A DNA stretch of 64,000 nucleotides from Dendrobates tinctorius (taxonomy: Eukaryota): assembly GCF_039654945.1 (NCBI RefSeq), contig NW_027361774.1, forward strand, positions 434,001-498,000, in the 5' to 3' direction. A program made the translations under genes and the position numbers. The notes under the pieces are model-generated. The model worked only from the letters and a program-made list of their open reading frames with translations, made no database searches and was not told where the DNA came from. How positions within the stretch are numbered: the first letter of the stretch is position 1; each line of letters starts with the position of its first letter. Positions 11,924 to 25,300 of this stretch are shown one piece after another.

Positions 11924-14677
11924 TGCAACTTTTAAGCGAGCATAATACTAAAATTATTACTCAATTAGATGGATCTATTCAAAATCTTGAAGAACTCAAA
12001 TCTATTGGTACGGTTGAAAAATTGAAAACCTTTCATAGTAATATGGATAAGACTTTGGAAACTGTTGTAAAGAAGATACAGGCTACACAGTTGAATAAAA
12101 TTAACCGTGATCGTCGAGATTACGAAAATAATACAGTATATTTATGGAGGAAGTTTCCATCACATGGCCATCAATTAGGTCATACTCCATCTCAAACGTC
12201 AGTCTCATCTCTAAGTGACATGTCAGAAAGATCTGGGTCATCTATGACTACTGGATCAGGATTGATGAGACTTAATCAAAGAGAACGCACGTTTCATCCA
12301 TACAGACGTCATGATCGCTCTCCCGTATCTACTAGATATGGTAACAAGGTAATTAACCTTAGTGATCATAAATTTACTGTGATTGATTTGAAGTTATTGG
12401 AGAAGGGCCTTTCATTTTCTCCATCTGCATCCTTTGATGCATTTTTGGCAATTAAGGATTTACATCTGTTTGCCCGTTCATTGATTTACAATAAAAAATT
12501 TTTTGATGGCAACCTCTCGAATTTATTTCCAACAGAGGAAGAACAAATAGCGTTGCAGACATTGGAGGATCTAGCCACCGAACACAGTGTTCCAGAGGGA
12601 GGTAAGGTTCCACCCTCGATACGGCCCAAATCTAAGAGGTTTCCCCTTATATCATCATGTCCCAATGTGGACTTATTTGTACAAATTGTAAGTAAAGAAT
12701 TTTTAGAAATTCCAAAATATATTCGTGGTGATAACCTTACAAAAGAAGAACGGGGACGTCTGCGTGTCCTTCAAGACTTAAGGGATGTAGTTTTTAAACC
12801 GGCGGACAAGGGGAGCAATGTAGTAGTTTGGCCAAAGGTGTTATATGAAAAAGAAGCCTTTCGCCAGTTAGATAATAAAATCTGCTATAAAAAAACTCAC
12901 ATTTAACCCCTTGTCCGCCTATTCCCTACAACTACATACTATTATTAATAAAGCAAGGGAAGCAGGAAGCATCACTAAGGAGTTGGCTGATGCCCTGATG
13001 GTTGTGGAGCCAACTATCCCGACTTTTTATTTACTCCCTAAAGTCCACAAGGACGCGCAGACGCCCCCAGGCCGGCCCATTATATCGGGTAGAGGTAATT
13101 ACCTGGAGCATGTAAATAGGTGGTAGACTCCAAACTGCAACCGCTAGTGGAGGGGTTGCCATCATTTCTTAAAGATACGGGTGAGCTGTTGAGACGTGTG
13201 GATGGCTTGCATTTGGAAGATGACATGATGCTGGTGACAGGAGATGTTGAATCCCTGTACACCAGCATCAGGCATGAGGATGGCATTAGGGCTACAACAT
13301 TTTTTCTTGGTATGTCCAATTTACCTGTGGAGATTAAAGAATTGGTGATCGAGTTATTGCGTTTTACTTTGACGCATAACTAACGTTTTTAAGGGGTCTT
13401 TCTTCCTACAGCTCCAGGGAACAGCTATGGGAGCATCTTTTGCCACTGCTTATGCTAACCTGTTCCTGGGGCTGTGGGAGAGAGACCTCTCCCTGCCAGA
13501 TCAGCAGATGCCGATGTGCCGCGTCCTCTCTTGGACGCGGTACATCGATGACATACTGTTGATCTGGCAGGGGTCTAGGGTTGACCTCGAGTCCTTTATG
13601 CTATCCTTAAATAATAATGATTTAAATATCTACATTACCTATAAATATGATCCGGTATCAATAGATTTCCTAGATATAGTCTTGAAGAAAGATCATAGGG
13701 GTGAGATACAAACGGATATCTTCCGTAAGCCAACTGCTACCAATATGTTACTCCACGCATCATCTTCCCATCCGGGACATATGGTCCAGTCGGTTCCCAC
13801 CGGACAATTCCTGCGATTACGCAGGTTGTGCTCGACCAATGAAGACTTTTTCAGGCAGGCGGAAGATTTAAAGGAAAGGCTGCTTGAACGAGGTTTCAGT
13901 AACCGAATGATCAAAAAGGCATTTAATAGGGCCAGATACTCGTCAAGAGACACACTCCTATATGGTACAAAATCCAGGAAAGAATCGGGTAAAGTGAGGT
14001 TTGTTACCAATTATCATTCTCACTTCCCGCGTATGCGGAAGATTCTAGCTAAATCCTGGCATATATTGAAGGCTGATCCGGTCTTGTCGAGTCTCCTGCC
14101 GGATAGGGCTGCTGTCGCGGCCAGAAGATCAAGGAATTTGCGCGATAAGTTGGTGCAAAGCCACTATCTGGGTGAGCCAATGGTCACCTTCTTAGATCAA
14201 ATGGCTGGTCGTTGTGGTAGTACTCCGTGTGGTCGCTGCGTCACTTGCCCAAACATTGATCGCACAGAAGTTTTTGTTACCCAAAATGGATCCCGGGAGT
14301 TTAAAATAAAAAAATATATCACATGTACTAGTAAAAATGTAGTATATTATGCTGTCTGCCCATGTAATATGATCTACGTGGGTATGACTACTAGACAGCT
14401 AAAGGTTAGAGTGCGGGAACATGTTTTGGGCATAGAGGCTGCAGCGACCGCGGAGGATATAACATCATTAAAGACCATTCCACGCCATTTTCGGAGATAC
14501 CATGGCTGCGATGGCAGCCTCCTTAGGGTGAGGGGTATCGACATGGTTGAGACAGGGATCCGTGGGGGTGGGATTTCCAAGAAGATGGCCCAACTTGAGT
14601 CCAGATGGATATGGACAATTGGATCAGTCCATCCATCTGGACTCAATGAAAACATCAGTTATGCCCCATTCCTATGA
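11923..14677 (+). pseudogene. PLE reverse transcriptase / GIY-YIG ORF with frameshifts (~12890, ~13120, ~13382)
   Basis: VINLS, LLEKGLSFSP, KPADKG, YLLPKVHK, PGRPIIS, DVESLYTSI, GTAMG, YIDD, Cys-rich linker and GIY-YIG motif across four ORF pieces. Confidence 0.92.
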
Positions 14678-15327
14678 ATACTGCTCTGTGGGTAAACATC
14701 GCCTATGATTTGTGATATCACTTTTTTAATTTTTCTTTTAATGTTTTATTTTATTACTTTAGTGTTGGGATCTATAAGGATGGACAAAGTGAACCATATA
14801 TCTATGGACATCATATTATATATTCTAGCCCCTTGTGGGTGAATAATTGTTGCCAAGAAATGAAGAAGTCAGCAAGGATCATGATGTTTATATTATATAT
14901 ATCCTTAGTCTAATAATGATATGCAAGGATTATTGTTGATGGTGTAATAATTGTTATATATTATAGAAAAAATATATATGGTAGTGTCCTTATAGATGGT
15001 TGCTGATCCTGTGTATAATTGGTAGTATGTGTATATTACAATAAATGTGTTCTTTGTATGTTTTCCGTGTAGCTATGGGTCGGTGCCAGCGGCCCTGTAC
15101 GCGCCTGTCCCCTTGTCACCGCTGCCCCTGTCCGCATGTGGCGTCTCTACATGGTGGGGTTGGCCCGCCCCGGCCACTCCCACTGTGTGACGCCGATGCT
15201 GACCGGTGTTGTGGTTGCCTCGGTGACAGAGCGCGTCACTTCCGGGCCGCGGACATGACTTCCAGTAACGCCGATTTCACGGCGTCCGGGTACACTATTT
15301 AAGGACGCTGGTGTACATACCGGCTAG

Positions 15328-15366
15328 GCCCCTTGAAAAAGGCGGGTCCGAAACGCGCGTCGGGGC
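15328..15366 (+). ncRNA. Minimal type I hammerhead ribozyme motif, U3-A8 core variant
   Basis: GCCCC-TTGAAAA-A-GG(CGGGT)CC-GAAA-CGCGCG-TC-GGGGC: stem I GCCCC/GGGGC, short stem II, palindromic stem III, GUC site at 15359-15361; located in the PLE terminal region. Confidence 0.75.
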
Positions 15367-16341
15367 GGACGCGCTACCCAGGCACCTGTGCACCTCCAGA
15401 CCACCACTGCCGGTAATAATTAGTTTAGTAAGGACGTTAATCTACATATGTAGCGGCCATTGCTGGTAATGGCCATTATGGTGTGATGTGATTTTTTGTA
15501 CATAGCGGCTGTTGCCGGTGATAATCACTATGGTATGTTTAGTGGCCACTTGCTGGCGGTATTGTAGATAACATTATGGGTGATTAGCCAGGATAAGTGG
15601 CTACATTTAGGTACCACACCATATAAGATCTATTTTTATAAGTGATTACGTCCATTATATATAACGGTTAGCTTCTCGGCGGTGGAGGCATGATATAATA
15701 GTCATCTATAATATGAATTTTCTAAATTAGCTGTAGGATATGAGGACATAATATTGTAGTGTCCACTTTGAGATTGATGTACTATTTTTCAGCAAAACTG
15801 TCAATTTTTGATAGTCATATAATTGGAGGTGTATAGGTTACACCTTCAGGTGCTGGTTATGTGCGTCTTTTTAGATGTGTAATCACAATATACATATGTG
15901 TATGTTTACTTCCCCTTAATCCCCTAATTGGTGATATGTAATATTTTATCTATGGTTCTAAACAATAAAGTTTCTCTTTATATTAGTAAAAAAAGCCTTT
16001 TAATCATCGTTTTCTTTCGTTGGATATGTTATATTTGGTGATAGGCATAACTAATCCGAGTGGACACATGGGGACTCAAACTAATTATATATAATGATTG
16101 TTACCATGTGTCCTAGTCATACTTGGTATATTTAGCAGAGGATCTGCATGCAGCGTCGGCCTAACATCTCACTTGCCGAACACCACAGGCGGCGTCACAA
16201 ACTATTCTATTTAAACTACATTACAGACTACCATTGATTTGGGCACCCAGGGCCACGGACCAGGTCACCGCCGCTGTGACACATCCCTCTGACACCGGCA
16301 AGGTACCGAGTACCCCACAGCCCTTGGTGGAGGGCGACCCA

Positions 16342-19300
16342 TAGTGAACGGACAGGAGTGAGGGCCTGTTCCCAGGAGCTACAGTCTGAGGAAAGGGATA
16401 AAAAGCCTTCACTAGACCCCTGTACAGCTGTATAATGAGGCCCAGGCTTTATAGTGAAGGGACAGGAGTGAGGGCCTGTGCCCAGGAGCTACAGTCTGAG
16501 GAAAGGGCTAAAAAGCCTTCACTAGACTCCTGTACAGCTGTATATTGAGGCCCAGGCTTTATAGTGAAGGGAAGGAGTGAGGGGCTGTTCCCAGGAGCTA
16601 CAGTCTGAGGAAAGCGCTAAAAAGCCTTCACTAGACCCCTGTACAGCTCTATAATGAGGCCCAGGCATTACAGTGAAGGGACAGGAGTGAGGGCCTGTGC
16701 CCAGGAGCTACAGACTGAGGAAAGGGCTACAAAGCCTTCACTAGACCCCTGTACAGCTGTATAATGAGGCCCAGGCTTTATAGTGAAGGGACAGGAGTGA
16801 GGGCCTGTGCCCAGGAGCTACAGACTGAGGAAAGGGCTAAAAAGCCTTCACTAGACCCCTGTACAGCTGTATAATGAGGCCCAGGCTTTATAAGTGAAGG
16901 GACAGGAGTGAGGGCCTGATCCCAGGAGCTACAGTCTGAAGAAAGGGCTAAAAAGCCTTCACTAGACCCCTGTACAGCTCTATAATGAGGCCCAGGCATT
17001 ACAGTGAAGGGACAGGAGTGAGGGCCTGTGTCCAGGAGCTACAGTCTGAGGAAAGGGCTAAAAAGCTTTCACTACACCACTGTACAGCTGTATAATGAGG
17101 CCAAGGCTATATAGTGAAGGGACAGGAGCGAGGGCCTGTTCACACGAGCTACAGTCTGAGAAAAGGGCTAAAAAGCCTTCACTAAACCCCTGTACAGCTG
17201 TATAATGAGGCCCAGGCTTTATAGTGAAGGGACAGGAGTGAGGGCCTGTTCCCAGGAGCTACAATCTGAGGAAAGGGCTAAAAAGTCTTCACTAAACCCC
17301 TGTACAGCTGTATAGTGAGGCCTAGGCTTTATAGTGAAGGGACTGGAGTGAGGGCCTGTTCCCAGGAGCTCCACTCTGAGGAAAGGGCTAAAAAGCCTTC
17401 ACTAGACCCCTATACAGCTGTATAATGAGGCCCAGGCTTTATAGTGAAGGTATAGGAGTGAGGGCCTGTGCCCAGGAGCTACAGTCTGAGGAAAGGGCTA
17501 CAAAGCCTTCACTAGTCCCCTGTACAGCTGTATAATGAGGCCCAGGCTTTATAGTGAAGGGACAGGAGTGAGTGCCTGATCCCAGGAGCTACAGTCTGAA
17601 GAAAGGGCTAAAAAGCCTTCACTAGACCCCTGTACAGCTCTATAATGAGGCCCAGGCTTTACAGTGAAGGGACAGGAGTGAGGGCCTGTGCCCAGGAGCT
17701 ACAGTCTGAGGAAAGGGCTAAAAAGCCTTCACTAGTCCCCTGTACAGCTGTATAATGAGGCCCAGGCTTTACAGTGAAGGGACAGGAGTGAGGGCCTGTG
17801 CCCAGGAGCTACAGTCTGAGGAAAGGGCTAAAAAGCCTTCACTAGTCCCCTGTACAGCTGTATAATGATTCCCAGGCTTTATAGTGAAGGGACAGGAGTG
17901 AGGGCCTGTGCCCAGGAGCTACAGTCTGAGGAAATGGCTAAAAAGCCTTCACTAGACCCCTCTACAGCTGTATAATGAGGCCAAGGCTTTATAGTGAAGG
18001 GAAGGAGTGAGGGCCTGTGCCCAGGATCTACAGTCTGAGTAAAGGGCTAAAAAGCCTTCACTAGACCCCTGTACAGCTGTATAATGAGGCACAGGCTTTA
18101 TAGTGAAGGGAAGGAGTGAGGGCCTGTGCCAAGGATCTACAGTCTGAGGAAGGGGCTAAAAAGCCATCACTAGACCCCAGTACAGCTGTATAATGAGGCC
18201 CAGGCTTTATAGTGAAGGGACAGGAGTGAGGGCCTGTTCCCAGGAGCTACAGTCTGAGGAAAGGGCTAAAAAGCCTTCACTAGACCCCTGTACAGCTGTA
18301 TAATGAGGCCCAGGCTTTAGAGTGAAGGGACAGGAGTGAGGGCCTGTTCCCAGGAGCTACAGTCTGAGGAAAGGGCTAAAAAGCCTTCCTAGACCCCGTA
18401 CAGCTGTATAATGAGGCCCAGGCTTTATAGTGAAGGGAAGGAGTGAGGGCCTGTGCCTAGGATCTACAGTCTGAGGAAAGGGCTAAAAAGCCTTCACTAG
18501 ACCCCTGTACAGCTGTATAATGAGGCCCAGGCTTTATAGTGAAGGGACAGGAGGGCCTGTGCCCAGGAGCTACAGTCTGAGGAAGGGGCTATAAAGCCTT
18601 CACTAGACCCCTGTACAGCTGTATAATGAGGCTCAGGCTTTATAGTGAAGGGACAGGAGTGAGGGCCTGTGCCCAGGAGCTACAGTCTGAGGAAAGGGCT
18701 ATAAAGCCTTCACTAGACCCCTGTACAGCTGTATAATGAGGCCCAGGCTTTATAGTGAAGGGACAGGAGTGAGGGCCTGTGCCCAGGATCTACAGTCTGA
18801 GTAAAGGGCTAAAAAGCCTTCACTCGACCCCTGTACAGCTGTATAATGAGGCCCAGGCTTTATAGTGAAGGGACAGGAGTGAGGGCCTGTGCCCAGGAGC
18901 TACAGTGTGAGGAAAGGGCTAAAGAGCCTTCACTAGACCCCTGTACAGCTGTATAATGAGGCCCAGGCTTTATAGTGAAGGGACAGGAGTGAGGGCCTGT
19001 GCCCAGGAGCTACAGTCTGAGGAAAGGGCTAAAAAGCCTTCACTAGACCCCTGTACAGCTGTATAATGAGGCCCAGGCTTTATAGTGAAGGGAAGGAGTG
19101 AGGGCGTGTGCCCAGGATCTACAGTCTGAGGTAAGGGCTAAAAAGCCTTCACAAGACCCCTGTACAGCTGTATAATGAGGCCCAGGCTTTATAGTGAAGG
19201 GACAGGAGTGAGGGCCTGTTGCCAGGAGCTACAGTCTGAGGAATGGGCTAAAAAGCCTTCACTAAACCCCTGTACAGCTGTATAATGAGGCCCAGGCTTT

Positions 19301-22300
19301 ATAGTGAAGGGAAAGGAGTGAGGGCCTGTTCCCAGGAGCTACAGTCTGATGAAAGGGCTAAAAAGCCTTCACTAGACCCCTGTACAGCTGTATAATGAGG
19401 CCCAGGCTTTATAGTGAAGGGACAGGAGTGAGGGCCTGTGCCCAGGATCTACAGTCTGAGGAAAGGGCTAAAAAGCCTTCATTAGACCCCTGTACAGCTG
19501 TATAATGAGGCCAAGGCTTTATAGTGAAGGGACAGGAGTGAGGGCCTGTGCCCAGGATCTACAGTTTGAGGAAAGGGCTAAAAAGCCTTCACTAGACCCC
19601 TGTACAGCTGTATAATGAGGCCAAGGCTTTATAGTGAAGGGACAGGAGTGAGGGCCTGTGCCTAGGAGCTACAGTCTGAGGAAAGGGCTAAAAAGCCTTC
19701 ACTAGATCCCTGTACAGCTGTATAATGAGGCCCAGGCTTTATAGTGAAGGGACAGGAGTGAGGGCCTGTTCCCAGGAGCTACAGTCTGAGGAAAGGGCTA
19801 AAAAGCCTTCACTAGATCCCTGTACAGCTGTATAATGAGGCCCAGGCTTTAAAGTGAAGGGACAGGAGTGAGGGCATGTGCCCAGGAGCTACATTCTGAG
19901 GAAAGGGCTAAAAAGCCTTCACTAGACCCCTGTACAGCTATATAATGAGGCCAAGGCTTTATAGTGAAGGGACAGGAGTGAGGGCCTGTGCCCAGGATCT
20001 ACAGTCTGAGGAAAGGGTTAAAAAGCCTTCACTAGACCCCTGTACAGCTGTATAATGAGGCCCAGGCTTTATAGTGAAGGGACAGGAGTGAGGGCCTGTG
20101 CCCAGGAGCTACAGTCTGAGGAAAGGGCTAAAAAGCCTTCACTAGACCCCTGTACAGCTGTATAATGAGGCCCAGGCTTTATAGTGAAGGGACAGGAGTG
20201 AGGGCATGTGCCCAGGAGCTACATTCTGAGGAAAGGGCTAAAAAGCCTTCACTAGACCCCTGTACAGCTGTATAATGAGGCCCAGGCTTTATAGTGAAGG
20301 GACAGGAGTGAGGGCTTGTGCCCAGGAGCTACATTCTGAGGAAAGAGCTAAAAAGCCTTCACTAGACCCCTGTACAGCTGTATAATGAGGCCAAGGCTTT
20401 ATAGTGAAGGGAAAGGAGTGAGGGCCTGTTCCCAGGAGCTACAGTCTGAGGAAAGGGCTAAAAAGCCTTCACTAGACCCCTCTACAGCTGTATAATGAGG
20501 CCAAGGCTTTATAGTGAAGGGAAGGAGTGAGGGCCTGTGCCCAGGATCTACAGTCTGAGTAAAGGGCTAAAAAGCCTTCACTAGACCCCTGTACAGCTGT
20601 ATAATGAGGCCCAGGCTTTATAGTGAAGGGACAGGAGTGAGGGCCTGTGCCCAGGAGCTACAGTCTGAGGAAAGGGCTAAAAAGCCTTCACTAGACCCCT
20701 GTACAGCTGTATAATGAGGCCCAGGCTTTATAGTGAAGGGAAGGAGTGAGGGCCTGTGCCAAGGATCTACAGTCTGAGGAAGGGGCTAAAAAGCCATCAC
20801 TAGACCCCTGTACAGCTGTATAATGAGGCCCAGGCTTTATAGTGAAGGGACAGGAGTGAGGGCCTGTTCCCAGGAGCTACAGTCTGAGGAAAGGGCTAAA
20901 AAGCCTTCACTAGACCCCTGTACAGCTGTATAATGAGGCCCAGGCTTTAGAGTGAAGGGACAGGAGTGAGGGCCTGTTCCCAGGAGCTACAGTCTGAGGA
21001 AAGGGCTAAAAAGCCTTCACTAGACCCCGTACAGCTGTATAATGAGGCCCAGGCTTTATAGTGAAGGGAAGGAATGAGGGCCAGTGCCTAGGATCTACAG
21101 TCTGAGGAAAGGGCTAAAAAGCCTTCACTAGACCCCTGTACAGCTGTATAATGAGGCCCAGGCTTTATAGTGAAGGGACAGGAGGGCCTGTGCCCAGGAG
21201 CTACAGTCTGAGGAAAGGGCTATAAAGCCTTCACTAGACCCCTGTACAGCTGTATAATGAGGCTCAGGCTTTATAGTGAAGGGACAGGAGTGAGGGCCTG
21301 TGCCCAGGAGCTACAGTCTGAGGAAAGGGCTATAAAGCCTTCACTAGACCCCTGTACAGCTGTATAATGAGGCCCAGGCTTTATAGTGAAGGGACAGGAG
21401 TGAGGGCCTGTGCCCAGGATCTACAGTCTGAGTAAAGGGCTAAAAAGCCTTCACTCGACCCCTGTACAGCTGTATAATGAGGCCCAGGCTTTATAGTGAA
21501 GGGACAGGAGTGAGGGCCTGTGCCCAGGAGCTACAGTGTGAGGAAAGGGCTAAAGAGCCTTCACTAGACCCCTGTACAACTGTATAATGAGGCCCAGGCT
21601 TTATAGTGAAGGGACAGGAGTGAGGGCCTGTGCCCAGGAGCTACAGTCTGAGGAAAGGGCTAAAAAGCCTTCACTAGACCCCTGTACAGCTGTATAATGA
21701 GGCCCAGGCTTTATAGTGAAGGGAAGGAGTGAGGGCGTGTGCCCAGGATCTACAGTCTGAGGTAAGGGCTAAAAAGCCTTCACAAGACCCCTGTACAGCT
21801 GTATAATGAGGCCCAGGCTTTATAGTGAAGGGACAGGAGTGAGGGCCTGTTGCCAGGAGCTACAGTCTGAGGAATGGGCTAAAAAGCCTTCACTAAACCC
21901 CTGTACAGCTGTATAATGAGGCCCAGGCTTTATAGTGAAGGGAAAGGAGTTAGGGCCTGTTCCCAGGAGCTACAGTCTGAGGAAAGGGCTAAAAAGCCTT
22001 CACTAGACCCCTGTACAGCTGTATAATGAGGCCCAGGCTTTATAGTGAAGGGACAGGAGGGCCTGTGCCCAGGATCTACAGTCTGAGGAAAGGGCTAAAA
22101 AGCCTTCACTAGACCCCTGTACAGCTGTAAAATGAGGCCAAGGCTTTATAGTGAAGGGACAGGAGTGAGGGCCTGTGCCCAGGATCTACAGTTTGAGGAA
22201 AGGGCTAAAAAGCCTTCACTAGACCCCTGTACAGCTGTATAATGAGGCCAAGGCTTTATAGTGAAGGGACAGGAGTGAGGGCCTGTGCCCAGGAGCTACA

Positions 22301-25300
22301 GTCTGAGGAAAGGGCTAAAAAGCCTTCACTAGACCCCTCTACAGCTGTATAATGAGGCCCAGGCTTTATAGTGAAGGGAAGGAGTGAGGGCCTGTGCCAA
22401 GGATCTACAGTCTGAGGAAAGGGCTAAAAAGCCTTCACTAGACCCCTGTACAGCTGTATAATGAGGCCCAGGCTTTATAGTGAAGGGACAGGAGTGAGGG
22501 CCTGTTCCCAGGAGCTACAGTCTGAGGAAAGGGCTAAAAAGCCTTCACTAGACCCCTGTACAGCTGTATAATGAGGCCCAGGCTTTATAGTGAAGGGAAA
22601 GGAGTGAGGGCCTGTTCCCAGGAGCTACAGTCTGAGGAAAGGGCTAAAAAGCCTTCACTAGACCCCTGAACAGCTGTATAATGAGGCCCAGGCTTTATAG
22701 TGAAGGGACAGGAGTGAGGGCCTGTGCCCGGGAGCTACAGTCTGAGGAAAGGGCTAAAAAGCCTTCACTAGACCCCTGTACAGCTGTATAATGAGGCTCA
22801 GGCTTTACAGTGAGGGGACAGGAGTGAGGGCCTGTTCCCAGGAGCTACAGTCTGAGGAAAGGGCTAAAAAGCCTTCACTCGACCCCTGTACAGCTGTATA
22901 ATGAGGCCCAGGCTTTATAGTGAAGGGACTGGAGTGAGGGCCTGTGCCCAGGAGCTCCAGTCTGAGGAAAGGGCTAAAAAGCCTTCACTAGACCCCTGTA
23001 CAGCTGTATAATGAGGCCCAGGCTTTATAGTGAAGGGACAGGAGTGAGGGCCTGTGCCCAGGAGCTACAGTCTGAGGAAAGGGCTAAAAAGCCTTCACTA
23101 GACCCCTGTACAGCTGTATAATGAGGCCCAGGCTTTATAGTGAAGGGACAGGAGTGAGGGCCTGTGCCCAGGAGCTACAGTCTGAGGAAATGGCTAAAAA
23201 GCCTTCACTAGACCCCTCTACAGCTGTATAATGAGGCCAAGGCTTTATAGTGAAGGGAAGGAGTGAGGGCCTGTGCCCAGGATCTACAGTCTGAGTAAAG
23301 GGCTAAAAAGCCTTCACTAGACCCCTGTACAGCTGTATAATGAGGCCCAGGCTTTATAGTGAAGGGACAGGAGTGAGGGCCTGTGACCAGGAGCTACTGT
23401 GTGAGGAAAGGGCTAAAGAGCCTTCACTAGACCCCTGTACAGCTGTATAATGAGGCCCAGGCTTTATAGTGAAGGGACAGGAGTGAGGGCCTGTGCCCAG
23501 GAGCTACAGTCTGAGGAAAGGGCTAAAAAGCCTTCACTAGACCCCTGTACAGCTGTATAATGAGGCCCAGGCTTTATAGTGAAGGGAAGGAGTGAGGGCC
23601 TGTGCCAAGGATCTACAGTCTGAGGAAAGGGCTAAAAAGCCTTCACTAGACCCCTGTACAGCTGTATAATGAGGCCCAGGCTTTATAGTGAAGGGACAGG
23701 AGTGAGGGCCTGTTCCCAGGAGCTACAGTCTGAGGAAAGGGCTAAAAAGCCTTCACTAGACCCCTGTACAGCTGTATAATGAGGCCCAGGCTTTATAGTG
23801 AAGGGACAGGAGTGAGGGCCTGTTCCCAGGAGCTACAGTCTGAGGAAAGGGCTAAAAAGCCTTCACTAGACCCCGTACAGCTGTATAATGAGGCCCAGGC
23901 TTTATAGTGAAGGGAAGGAGTGAGGGCCTGTGCCTAGGATCTACAGTCTGAGGAAAGGGCTAAAAAGCCTTCACTAGACCCCTGTACAGCTGTATAATGA
24001 GGCCCAGGCTTTATAGAGAAGGGACAGGAGGGCCTGTGCCCAGAGCTACAGTCTGAGGAAAGGGCTATAAAGCCTTCACTAGACCCCTGTACAGCTGTAT
24101 AATGAGGCTCAGGCTTTATAGTGAAGGGACAGGAGTGAGGGCCTGTGCCCAGGAGCTACAGTCTGAGGAAAGGGCTATAAAGCCTTCACTAGACCCCTGT
24201 ACAGCTGTATAATGAGGCCCAGGCTTTATAGTGAAGGGGCAGGAGTGAGGGCCTGTGCCCAGGATCTACAGTCTGAGTAAAGGGCTAAAAAGCCTTCACT
24301 AGACCCCTGTACAGCTGTATAATGAGGCCCAGGCTTTATAGTGAAGGGACAGGAGTGAGGGCCTGTGCCCAGGAGCTACAGTGTGAGGAAAGGGCTAAAG
24401 AGCCTTCACTAGACCCCTGTACAGCTGTATAATGAGGCCCAGGCTTTATAGTGAAGGGACAGGAGTGAGGGCCTGTGCCCAGGAGCTACAGTCTGAGGAA
24501 AGGGCTAAAAAGCCTTCACTAGACCCCTGTACAGCTGTATAATGAGGCCCAGGCTTTATAGTGAAGGGAAGGAGTGAGGGCCTGTGCCCAGGATCTACAG
24601 TCTGAGGTAAGGGCTAAAAAGCCTTCACTAGACCCCTGTACAGCTGTATAATGAGGCCCAGGCTTTATAGTGAAGGGACAGGAGTGAGGGCCTGTTCCCA
24701 GGAGCTACAGTCTGAGGAATGGGCTAAAAAGCCTTCACTAAACCCCTGTACAGCTGTATAATGAGGCCCAGGCTTTATAGTGAAGGGAAAGGAGTGAGGG
24801 CCTGTTCCCAGGAGCTACAGTCTGAGGAAAGGGCTAAAAAGCCTTCACTAGACCCCTGTACAGCTGTATAATGAGGCCCAGGCTTTATAGTGAAGGGACA
24901 GGAGTGAGGGCCTGTGCCCAGGATCTACAGTCTGAGAAAAGGGCTAAAAAGCCTTCACTAGACCCCTGTACAGCTGTATAATGAGGCCCAGGCTTTATAG
25001 TGAAGGGACAGGAGTGAGGGCCTGTTCCCAGGAGCTACAGTCTGAGGAAAGGGCTAAAAAGCCTTCACTAGACCCCTGTACAGCTGTATAATGAGGCCAA
25101 GGCTTTATAGTGAAGGGACAGGAGTGAGGGCCTGATCCCAGGAGCTACAGTCTGAGGAAAGGGCTAAAAAGCCTTCCCTAGACCCCTGTACAGCTGTATA
25201 ATGAGGCCCAGGCTTTATAGTGAGGGGACAGGAGTGAGGGCCTGTTCCCAGGAGCTACAGTCTGAGGAAAGGGCTAAAAAGCCTTCACTAGACCCCTGTA

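Larger units (their letters stand above)
9291..16135 (+). mobile_element. Penelope-like retroelement (Neptune type), 5'-truncated, with inverted duplication of its 3' 2.63 kb
   Basis: 14-bp TSD CAGAGGATCTGCAT at 9277-9290 and 16136-16149; 9288-11923 is the reverse complement of 13390-16028. Confidence 0.93.
8158..16341. mobile_element. Solo LTR inserted in the satellite and split by the Penelope-like element (parts 8158-9290 and 16136-16341)
   Basis: TGTGGCGCCC...GGGCGACCCA with exact TSD TAGT (8154-8157 / 16342-16345); related to the LTR at 1612-2644. Confidence 0.88.

Noticed and set aside
13427-14677. RT plus nuclease as a retron, group II intron or telomerase
   Set aside because: Domain order, Cys-rich linker, GIY-YIG motif and TSD fit a Penelope-like element
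15045-15302. Cys-rich 85-aa ORF duplicated at 10014-10271
   Set aside because: Lies in the GC-rich PLE terminal region; its duplication is explained by the inverted arm
9288-20800. Similar length (~2.63 kb) of the PLE arm and the satellite higher-order period
   Set aside because: No sequence relationship; treated as coincidence
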